64,000 nucleotides of DNA, from positions 3,219,648-3,283,647 of the forward strand of contig SMSO01000014.1 of assembly GCA_004764695.1 (NCBI GenBank). Reading direction: 5' to 3'. Both the position numbers and the translations under genes were made by a program. The DNA comes from Schizochytrium sp. TIO01 (lineage: Eukaryota > Protista > Bigyra: Labyrinthulomycetes). The notes below the pieces were generated by a model. It saw nothing but the letters and a program-made list of their open reading frames with translations. It had not been told where the DNA came from and searched no databases. Below are positions 54,401 to 64,000 of this stretch, piece after piece; position 1 is the first letter of the stretch; each line of letters opens with the position of its first letter.

Positions 54401-55056
54401 GACGAAAAGTCGTTCGTTGGCAATCTATTTAATCTGCAGCTACAAATCTAAGAGCAGCCAGGCAAGCACGTGCTTGCCAAAATCAAATAAGTTTAGCTCT
54501 TCGATTGCGCCTATACAGTCAAGGCAACGACCTAGCCTCCCTTTTGCACGAACCTATTTGCAAAGAGCCAAAGTCCACGCCAATAATGTGTAGCGTGTTT
54601 GCCAATTGAACAAGCTTTGGCTTGCTTGCTTTGCACGCAATACTATATAGTTAGAATACTAGAAGTGCCAATAAGAGTTAGATTGCTCTCCGTCTCGTTA
54701 GTGTTATAGACTTAGTATTCTAGCTATAAGGCTAGAACTAGGGTGAGGAGCGCATGTGGCTCGAATAATACAAGTTTGGAATCCCGTTTATTTGTGCTAA
54801 GGTAAACCTGTTCAATAAATTTAAGAATGAGGGCCATTCATGTAAGGGCTAGGAGTATCGGACTGTAAAAGTTGAATTAGAAAAAGAATGACAAGCGTTA
54901 GTGCATTGGGGTTGCGGAACAAGTTCCTCAAGGTCCATAGAATGAAATTTTAACGAGAAAGAAAGTTTGTCTATTATCTTGAATAAATTAGTGATCTCGT
55001 ACTGAGAACAAATCAAGCTATCGTAGAAAGCTCAAAATAGGGGCACATCTGTGATT

Positions 55057-56487
55057 TTATGATGGTGATGAAGAGCCCAATATCTTAACCAGAATGTCAT
55101 CTTTATTTTCTTGAGCTTCATCTGTTGTCTGGGTTTGACTTGCGATCCTGAGCTGGCGAGCTTTTGCACGAGACGCCCTAGACTGGTCTTTGCTTGAGAG
55201 ATCATTGCATTCTTCAGACTTTGGGGGAGTAAGGCTGATAATCGCACGATCGAGTCCCCGCGCAAAATTGAGCACCTCCGCATGTTCGGGAGCTTGCTCT
55301 TGAAGCATGTCTTGGTATTTTTCGAGAGGCAAAGGCCATTGAATGGTTTTGTTTGTTTTTAATTCACACTGGCGGCGTATCCCCTTTTGGTGTTGATGGA
55401 CTTTATCAAGCCAAGCTTGGTTGAGGATTGGCAAAGAAAGATCTCTAACGTCAGGTGTCACCATAATTTTGCGACGTTTTATATTTTTGTTTAAGACAAC
55501 CAAGTCAGTTTGCCAGCAGGAGGTGTGCGCAGCGATGAGAGTTTCAAGTTGGTCCGAAGGCCTGAGAAGAACTACATTCAGGAAATCCTGTTGCGTAGAA
55601 TTCAATTTGAGAAGAAGGTAACGGTCAGAGTCTTTAATCATACAAAGAATCGCCGGGTTTGAGGCACTCTTATTTGAAGTAAGCATATCTTTCCACTCTT
55701 GGATTATGCGCATGGTGCTTGCAGTCGCAAACATAGGATCTGCCGTTAAGTACAGGGGTCCATGCGAGCTTACAAGATATGATCGTTCTGCCAATAGTTT
55801 GCTGATGTCAACCAAACCTTGCGGAACAAGGCATAATCCTTCTTTGCTGAGGCACAACACATCAGCCGGTCCAGAAGCACGAATCTGGGCCCCAGGTAAG
55901 CCAGTGCATCCTATAGTGGCGTCTGCACTTGCAGTCTTGGGGTCCGAGTCTGGCGGCTGAATTAATCCTCTCCAAGCAGCGCCTTCTGGCTCTGCTATAT
56001 TGATCACAATAATTTGCTGTCTATATTTTCTTGACAACAGGTCAATGGCCTCACGAATAGGGTTATTATTTTCAAAATCATGAGTTGTCAGTTCAAGCTC
56101 ATCAACAGCAATATAGAGTGTAAGATTTCTAGCCAGGGACTTCACATTTGATGGCTGCTTTTCAGCAGCTTCGATCACAGCACCAACGCAAGCGCTTACC
56201 CAGGGTGAAAGTGAAGTCACATGAATTATAACACACTTGGGGTCATCAATACCTAAAACAAGAAATCGGTAAAGGTCCCTGACTGCTTGGCGGCCAGCTT
56301 TCCAAGCCTGAGCATCTGAGAGGCGATTAGGACTGCAGCTGGTCCAAGGTTGAATCCGGTGAGCAATACGTTGGCGGCCAAGATCGCAAGAAGCATCTTT
56401 ACTCTTCTCAGTGACCGCCAAAATATCTGCAGCATAGTTGTCTTCGCATCTCGCTACGTTTGTGAGGAAGGACGCATATTTTGGCAT
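55057..56487 (-). CDS. Hypothetical protein (476 aa)
   Basis: Long ORF with ATG in AACAACATG context and globular composition. No motif recognised. Confidence 0.7.
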   Translation of the reverse strand: MPKYASFLTNVARCEDNYAADILAVTEKSKDASCDLGRQRIAHRIQPWTSCSPNRLSDAQAWKAGRQAVRDLYRFLVLGIDDPKCVIIHVTSLSPWVSACVGAVIEAAEKQPSNVKSLARNLTLYIAVDELELTTHDFENNNPIREAIDLLSRKYRQQIIVINIAEPEGAAWRGLIQPPDSDPKTASADATIGCTGLPGAQIRASGPADVLCLSKEGLCLVPQGLVDISKLLAERSYLVSSHGPLYLTADPMFATASTMRIIQEWKDMLTSNKSASNPAILCMIKDSDRYLLLKLNSTQQDFLNVVLLRPSDQLETLIAAHTSCWQTDLVVLNKNIKRRKIMVTPDVRDLSLPILNQAWLDKVHQHQKGIRRQCELKTNKTIQWPLPLEKYQDMLQEQAPEHAEVLNFARGLDRAIISLTPPKSEECNDLSSKDQSRASRAKARQLRIASQTQTTDEAQENKDDILVKILGSSSPS

Positions 56488-58590
56488 GTTGTTTGTAGTG
56501 GCTGAGTTCGTTCTTGACTGATGACTTAATCTGAAGTTATATCAGGGTCGAACTGCTCACTTGCCTCGTAAGTATCCTTTCTACTGGTTATCGAGAGACC
56601 CCAGCTTCACTTCTTAGCCTCTTCAGTTTTGCGTCGCTGTATCAAATCACAACTGTTCTGGCCTGACCAGAGGTGGCCTTGGTCGTTGCTCTGTTGGTGT
56701 TTCTCAACTTTGTGCAACTAACGACCTGAGTCTGCAGAACGCAAATTAAATTGCGCAACTCATTTTAAAGATATTATTTAGACCTATTTATATTATTAAA
56801 TGGTTTATACTATCAAAATGGATAACACTAGCGCTTTTGCATATATTCATTTTTACATTTTCGTTATACTGCTCATTAAAGCCTTGAAACGTGAAACAAA
56901 GGCTGGGAAGAATTCAGAACGGATACTCATGAAGGATCGAGCAAGCAATTTTGCAGATAGCGATAGCATAGTTAAACTCCACCTCTAAAGATACCAGTAA
57001 TGTTGTATTTGGTGAAAAGTGATGGCGAAACTGACAACAGTTGACTAGAGGTCGCTCCAAATAAAAACGAAGGTGAGTGTCAGCTGATTACGATCGACCA
57101 CTTTACGTCTCGTTCGAAAAATAGAATATATATATATTTTTATATTTTTTCTGTAAATAAAATATGGGATTTGGAAGCTTGAAAAGGTTGCCGTACACTC
57201 CAAGCAACAAGACCCATATGCCTGCAAGAGTGACAAGCGGATTACAAGCGACCAATATACTATCTCATGACATCACCACAGAACTATTGTCACCCGCCAA
57301 AATTCGCTTCCTGGGTGACAAAGAGAATACCAATGCCGAGTATCATAATCCTTCGATGTAAATTTCTGCAAGGGTGAACAATAGCCTTCATCATCTTCAC
57401 GTAGTTCATCAAGGTTTCTGTCTCTTTTTCTTTTCTGTTTTTCAGGCGCAGGTGCTGTGATAAAAGCTCAGAGTTATTTAATAGGGCAATACAGCCTGCA
57501 GCTTGTGGGAGAAACCATAGGTGTTTCTGCCGTGACCAGGGAATGCCTCTTCAAGGTACAATTTAGATACCAAGTATCTTAGGATTCTCTTCCCACATTC
57601 GCAATAGCATGACAGTGCTTATCACTTATGTTTCAGAGCTCTAAAGATGTACACTGTTCTCTGGTACCGTAATGAAAACTACTATGAACACTGAACAGAT
57701 CCGTATGTGATAGCATAGACTCTTTTCTTTTTCCTTTTTAAAGTTCCCGTACTTCTCGTATCTGTTGATCTGAATGTTTTGATCTTTGCTCTTCAATTTG
57801 TTTGTCTGGCCCCAATTGGCAATACTAGTATCATTCAAGTTCCATTTTTGGGCCTCTCAGAGGTCACCACTTCGTGCTTTGACCCCCATTTAAAATGAAA
57901 CATTTGTTATCAAGGTTACATAGTGTTTTTTTGAGAATGAAAGTTAAAGTACTTTGAAACGAGAGTTCATTTCCTTGCCCTCCAGGGCATAATAGCCATA
58001 AATGTTTTCATTCATATGTGGGAGCAACCATCTACCTCAATTTAGCTTACTGTGGAATATCCTTTCGTCTTTTGTCTTGGGGTGTTTGTTCACTGACACT
58101 AGGCTCCAAGTTACGTTTGCAGCTTCAGAGAGAACATTTCTGTGATAATCAAGCAATACATGTAGGACATTATATTATTTTTCTACCCATGACAAGCACT
58201 TTGAATATGCTGGCTGTTCACATTGGAAGTTGCTACCGAGGAAACTGGCATAATTTTAATCTACTTGTAAATCATGAAAGATGTGGGTATGCTTTACCAA
58301 CATTTGACGTGTCATGGTGATCAAGTATGTTTTTGACCAATCAATCCTATTTTGGCATAAGGTGTCTTCTATTATATTTTTATGCATGTTTGACGAATAC
58401 CTATGGTAGTAAGAGAGCTAGCCAGCACTTTGAACTGCCGGGCAACTTATCGGAAAGCTCAGAATACCTCAGCTATACACGAATTGATCAAGAATATGCA
58501 AATCTTCCACTCTCATGACAAAAACGAAGAGCAACCTTACACGCCTGATAAATATTAGTTTGAAACTAATACAGGTTAATATCTTTGCAG

Positions 58591-58985
58591 ATGCTGAGAT
58601 CTCCAGTCGAAGGAACTAGTGGACAAGATATTGCTAGAGTTCTTAGTGTCCCTTTATGAAACCCCAGTAGAATAAGGTTTACAATAGAGCAAAAATAAGC
58701 AGCCAGATTCATGTGGCTGCCGGAGCCAAGAACTAGAAGCGTAAATACACAGTACCTACATCCAAGCATGGTGTAAGTTAAATCGATGGTTGTCGAGGTT
58801 AAATTAACCGAACCCCATCGATTATCTCTAACAACTTTCAAGAATGTCTTAATCTCCTTAATTACTACATGAATCCATCTGTCCTGGAAAAGAAATTCCA
58901 GGACAGCGGTTCGTTAACTCTTGAATCAAGCTCCTTACCTTCATCTTTACAGTCAACCTCAAGCTAATCAGAATCATCTTTCAGC
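58591..58985 (-). repeat. Interspersed ~400-bp repeat, copy B (inverted relative to A)
   Basis: For example, CCTTCATCTTTACAGTCAACCTC is the reverse complement of GAGGTTGACTGTAAAGATGAAGG at ~51788. Hairpin CTGTCCTGGAA...TTCCAGGACAG at 58879-58906. Confidence 0.88.
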
Positions 58986-59063
58986 AGCAGATGCTAGCTT
59001 CGGCCAAGCTATCGACCTACATATGAGGTCAGTTCGAGAGATAAATCTAGTCAGCTAGAGTTT

Positions 59064-59412
59064 TGAGGAAGGCTTCGAGAAGGCTGGTTTCAAGAGTTCG
59101 CAAGTTGCTGTCTTTGGGATTTGAATTCTAGGGCATACTTATTCATGTAGTAATTAGGAGACTGAAGCAGTCTTGCATTGTATTAGGCAGAATTAACGGG
59201 GCTGAGTTATCTCATCTCTTCAACCATCAATTCAAGTAACACCATACTTGATCCTAGGCGTAGTACCGATTCTTGACTTCTTAACCGTACAAGTCTGGTT
59301 GTCTAGTTCTACTCTATTGCAAGCCCAATATTCCTAAGGTCTTTACACAGGAACGCCAAGATCTGTAGCATGCATGCACTCTCCGCTAGTTTATTCGATT
59401 GGGAATTTCAGC
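59064..59412 (+). repeat. Interspersed repeat, diverged copy C
   Basis: ATTCATGTAGTAATTAGG, CAACCATCAATTCAAG and TTCGATTGGGAATTTCAGCA align in order with copy A. Confidence 0.7.
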
Positions 59413-60703
59413 AAGGATGTAGTTGGGATCGATGTCAAATATATTTAAGTTGTTCTTTACGTATCAAAAGTGGTTGATGCGACCGCCGAGATGACCCAAC
59501 AAGGGATCATGTAGACAAGATACTAGTAGATTTCTGGAAACACTATTCCTAGCCATAAACTATTCAACGTTGTACATGTTAAGAATTGGACTTTCAAAAA
59601 ACAAAGAAGTGAGGCTAGGGAAACTCAAGAGTGAAAGTGCAATAAATAACAGAACGAATATTTCAGGGCAGAGTCGAATCAATAGATGAGGAAATGCCAT
59701 TATTCAATCGTTTGGGTTCTGTCTAATATACATAAACTCTGTCTTAGTTTTTTAGCCTTCATATTAGTGAGGCATTCAATTCCAAGGACAGAAGGCCCTA
59801 ACTCTAGAGATCAAAGGTTTTCCATGCGGTCTTAAGTTTTTATGAAGGTTTTTCAATTCTATTTAATTCAAATGGCTTGTGTGATAGTTTAAAATCTAAT
59901 ATGAGTTCCTCCGCATTGTAACTTCTCTTCTTCTAGGTGAACAGTTTGCCAACTTTGAAAGTAAAAATTACAAAACCTCTTGAAGACCAATATCAAGCCT
60001 TTGCAGCTTATGCTCATCTTGCCAGTTAGTCATGCTCTAGCGGACTAAAGAGGATTTTTACAATACCACATACAACAACCTAATGCATGTTTAAGCGCTT
60101 TTGGACTTACAAGACTTCCTGTAGTATCATGTTCACAAAATTAGTAATTTTATGATCTCTTTAGGCAGTTAAAATTGGAAGTGGCCTTTGGCTGTGTTTA
60201 CTTGAATGCAATTTGTAAAACCCCAAGCTAGCGGCACTTGATCATGTAAAAGTCCTGTGACGATTGAGCTCATCTCATTTTTGATATCTTGTGTGCGAGA
60301 GGCCTAAATGCTCGTCAGTCTTCGTGCTTCAAACATCCTCGCAGCTAAATCAACTTGCTTATTTCTTATTTTGTTTCTACCGTTAGTCATGCTTGAGATT
60401 GGTGAGATAATAGCCTTGGTTTGACCTCTTGGAGCTTGGTACACTATTTAACATGGATATGTATGACACAATCACTTCAAATTCGTTGAACTCAGACTGC
60501 GTGGCTGTGAGAAAATGCTAAAGGTTAAAGGCAAATAAGCAAAATTAAATCTGTAGAGTCTCCACTAGTTTTCACACAAACGTCAATTCGACGTTCTCAC
60601 GTGCATTTCGGGTATCACTGGAAAAAAATCCTTGAGGAAAAGTTAAGAATATGATTGATCAATATGTTTCGAGATGAAAAAAATGGTGGAAGCTAACCTT
60701 GTT

Positions 60704-62722
60704 TCACTGATACGATGACTTACGAACTTGATTAGAGTTGAAGTACATCTGGGAAGAACTATTTCCCCGTTGTTTAGCATTCTCATCGGTCATTGGGACG
60801 CTCAAAAATTGGGAATGAGGGGTGTCGTCAGACAACCCCTCCACCTGGGAGAATTGGCTTTGTAAAATCAAGGTGTTGGTATTTAAGGAGGAAGCCCGCG
60901 GGGCGAGGTTGGCCACATAATTAGAGCGGACTTCTCGCTCTCCGTGCAGATTGCCCATGGACTCCTTTTGCAGAGGAGATCCCATGCGCCGATCAGGTAC
61001 TGCACGGTTTTGCTGCAGCGATGGCTGTTGTTGCTGCTGCTGAATAAAGTGTACCGAATTAGGTTGATTACCCTGGAACTGTTGTTGAAGCTGGAATGAC
61101 TGGTGTTGTTGCTGGAGGTGAGAGGAAAACTGGGTCATCATAGATGGAACTATTTGGTGTTGTGGTTGCTGTTGCTGTTGAAGCTGCATCAGCATGCGTA
61201 AAATCTCTGAGGCAGATGCTTCTTGCTGCTGCATTTGAGTTGCTCGCGCCTGCTGCAGGTGTGCCTGATGATAGAACCTGTTGATAACGTCAAGAGGAAT
61301 TCCTGGAACATTAAGACCGTTTTGGGCTGCTAGAAGGTCTTGTGAAGAGGTATTTTGGCCGTCGCCAACGCGAGACTGAGTAACGTGCGATGGTAATTGC
61401 AGTGCAGGAGACGGCATGGGAGAAGATGAAGACACTCGTGCTCGCTTGTTTGAGACTAATGTCTCTAGCGCAGATTGAGCAGAGATTGAGCTATCAGATT
61501 GCGAATCATGGCCAGACGAAATGTTACGTTTTAAGGTATGCCCGGATGACCTGGGAACAGAGGTCTGCATACCAGAGGGTAGAATTGTTGGCATTTGAGG
61601 AAACGAAGGGTGTGCTGCCTGGCTAGGAGCAAGGGGGCGTGCGGTCGGCGGCAATCGTTGAGAATGAATATCCATGGAGTACCTTGCATCATGAGAGGGT
61701 TCTGTGCGGATAGAAGAAGTTGCTGTTGACGCCTGTGAGTAAGCTGAATGGCGACGCGCCGAGGGTTTCGTTAACTTTGCCGCCTTTGGCTTAGGTTGCT
61801 TCGTCACCTTTGTAGCAGATTGAAGACCTGTAGTGATCTGGCTCCCCTTTGATTGGTTGGCAGGTGTTGCAGAGTGAACAGAGGAAACTGAGGAGGATGA
61901 GGACACAGACCTCTTTGGCATTGATTTTGAGGTTTCCGTGTCACTACCCCCTACAGAAGATGCGTCGGCATTATCCCCTGTTGATCGACCGGAACCGCGT
62001 TGGCGGCGACGGCTGCAAAAAACTTTAAAAGGTGTAGACTCAGTGTAGCCAACACAACGCACGAGGCCTTCTCCTCCAGGCAGTTCTTGAAAGATATAGG
62101 CGCGAAGGACATGAAAGAAGTTACAGGTATGAACACTTGAAGGCCAGCCATAGTGCCAGCCTTGGCGACTTCTGTTAAACTGAAATCCGAAGGCAGTGCG
62201 GTCACCGGGGATCCAAGGAAGGCTTGGATTACCCCGTCCTCGCTCCTTACTGGTCTTGATTGCTGCAAGTTTCATGACTTCTCCGATTTTGACTTCTTGT
62301 GCTTCATTTGCCAAGCCAAATATCGCCCATGCATGATATTTTGCAGGCATAGTAGTTGGCTCAGTGTTAACATAGATATCGACGACAGTACCGCAGAAGC
62401 CATGTGCAACATGGCCTCGGCCAGTGTCGCAGCTAGGGAAGCATCGAAGATTTTTCTGGCCGGTGTCCTTGTTGTTGCGTTGGTATTTCTTTGCCAATTT
62501 GGTAATAAATCCACAGTTGACTTGTGCAGACATACTCTGGTTTGACCAGAGGGCACTAGAATTGCCCTTTGTGAGAAAGCTTTGGTTGAGGTTAGAGATG
62601 TTGAAGCTGGATGTGGGCCACACGAGCCGATCAGTCAGTGGTTGGGGTGGTTGATAAGCTTCAAACCCTGCTGCAGTAAGAAGTTGACTTGGCGTATCCA
62701 CGAGAATGCCGATATTCCGCAT
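60704..62722 (-). CDS. Putative transcription factor with Cys/His-containing N-terminal domain, basic patch, Ser-rich and Gln-rich regions
   Basis: YQRNNK..GQKNLRCFPSC..GH...GFCG...WHYGW...H.LRAYIF...STPFKVFCSRRRQR, followed by low-complexity S-rich and polyQ segments. Confidence 0.7.
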   Translation of the reverse strand: MRNIGILVDTPSQLLTAAGFEAYQPPQPLTDRLVWPTSSFNISNLNQSFLTKGNSSALWSNQSMSAQVNCGFITKLAKKYQRNNKDTGQKNLRCFPSCDTGRGHVAHGFCGTVVDIYVNTEPTTMPAKYHAWAIFGLANEAQEVKIGEVMKLAAIKTSKERGRGNPSLPWIPGDRTAFGFQFNRSRQGWHYGWPSSVHTCNFFHVLRAYIFQELPGGEGLVRCVGYTESTPFKVFCSRRRQRGSGRSTGDNADASSVGGSDTETSKSMPKRSVSSSSSVSSVHSATPANQSKGSQITTGLQSATKVTKQPKPKAAKLTKPSARRHSAYSQASTATSSIRTEPSHDARYSMDIHSQRLPPTARPLAPSQAAHPSFPQMPTILPSGMQTSVPRSSGHTLKRNISSGHDSQSDSSISAQSALETLVSNKRARVSSSSPMPSPALQLPSHVTQSRVGDGQNTSSQDLLAAQNGLNVPGIPLDVINRFYHQAHLQQARATQMQQQEASASEILRMLMQLQQQQQPQHQIVPSMMTQFSSHLQQQHQSFQLQQQFQGNQPNSVHFIQQQQQQPSLQQNRAVPDRRMGSPLQKESMGNLHGEREVRSNYVANLAPRASSLNTNTLILQSQFSQVEGLSDDTPHSQFLSVPMTDENAKQRGNSSSQMYFNSNQVRKSSYQ

Positions 62723-64000
62723 GAAAGAAGCGGCCCGAGGCCTGTAAGTCTATGCTTTCTTTCTTTCGCTTGCTAACAGGTATGCCTGGCAATATCAACT
62801 CTTCTCTTGCTCTTGCCAATTGGCAAAAAGTGCTGATTAATCTATCGTGTATGAAGAAAGAAAACAAGGTGCACGTTTGTTTGAGAAATTCTTTGGTGTG
62901 GCGATCGATGCGAGGTTTGGGGTTTGCTGTTGTGGAAATTCGAAAGTCAATGAAGCAGCGAAATTGATGAGAGTTTGACTGGAGTATGAAATGAACTCTT
63001 CTTTGTCCTAAACGTAATTTAGCAGGACAGTATTGGGCTGAGCGTGTGCTCAGTTTGCTCAAGTCACAATGCGGGGCGCGCTCCACGTTAGAAGGTTCAC
63101 AGAAAATGTCCCGTGTGACCGTGATATGATTTCTGCGTGTAGTTACACGTGTATAAAGAAGAGGAAAAAAAGTTAGTCAGGCCTGCACAGCCGCAAATGT
63201 TAGCTTATTGTCTCCCCGATGAAGGCCCCGTTATAACGTAATGTCCCGTGAGACACTGACCCGTTTACCTGCACGAGCTCTGCAAAGTAGATTCCAGGGA
63301 CGGACCTGACTACGGATGCTTTCGTGGCTCGTGCACTGGAATCCCGGTCGCGTGGATGGTTTCCTCTTAAACTACTTGTCTTCGATCTCTGTGTGAATGA
63401 TGAGATAGATTTGTAATTATATAAATTCCCTCACTCCACGAAAAGCAGCAAGTTGAATGTTGTAGCAATTTTCGTCACAGGGAGGTCAGCGCAAGACTTC
63501 TACGTTCGTTGTTGAGTTGTTCTGTCGGCACGCGCGCCCCGTGGCGAAGTGGCAAGGGTTCCTCTCTCCAAGTTAGAGGTTTGGCGTCTCCTTTGTGAAG
63601 GTCTACACTATACAAAAGCCTTTGGGTTCTTTCCCTTCCTTTAATGTTGCTATGCTAGCTAGCTAAGCGGCAGTTCTTCTGCAATAACTATTGCAAAGTT
63701 CGTCCAGGGGTCGCAGAGATTGCTGGCAATGGTTGGGAGCAGGCGATCAAGTATTGATTGAAGCCGCTGCTGCTCCACTAGACGAATTAAATTGCTGGCA
63801 CGATTTCCTATCTATATATGATTGAGGATTGAAAATGTCACTCAATTATTTGCAAAAATCAGAGAATGAATTTGAAAAGCAAATAAGAAGAACCTCAACA
63901 GATCCGAATCACAAAAGCCCAAACAGATCCTGGAGAGCCTCTGTTAGCTTCGCGCCTCTGCCACCGCCAACACTGCCTGTGCAGCCGCTCAGCTGGTGGC

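Overview
Eukaryotic chromosomal DNA with long intronless genes, an intron-containing tRNA, MED31 and abundant tetra/penta-nucleotide microsatellites. The gene style suggests a labyrinthulomycete/thraustochytrid-like protist; this is inference and not provable here. Host genes: GH89 alpha-N-acetylglucosaminidase (partial, missed by the ORF track), tRNA-Ser(UGA), a USP-family deubiquitinase with a Tudor-like domain, a metallo-beta-lactamase/cNMP-binding phosphodiesterase, Mpv17/PMP22, MED31, a hypothetical protein and a Q-rich putative transcription factor. A ~16 kb microsatellite-rich stretch with no convincing genes lies at 12.6-28.9 kb. The main discovery is a ~20 kb gene-dense, AT-richer island (~31,984-51,762) that looks like an endogenised large-DNA-virus segment (Mirusviricota- or Nucleocytoviricota-like). 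It encodes a heliorhodopsin with an acidic residue in helix F, a poxvirus-A22-type RuvC resolvase, a Zn-ribbon + PD-(D/E)xK endonuclease, a DEDDh exonuclease, a 1528-aa protein with a clan-CE-like cysteine protease motif set, and a frameshifted M11-like membrane metalloprotease. Inside the island are two direct copies of a ~3 kb cassette: a Crinkler-like REase+kinase gene plus ~0.9 kb of conserved, internally iterated upstream DNA. The copies have near-identical headers and promoters but strongly diverged nuclease domains. No capsid, terminase or polymerase gene is in the window, so the viral lineage cannot be fixed from this sequence alone.
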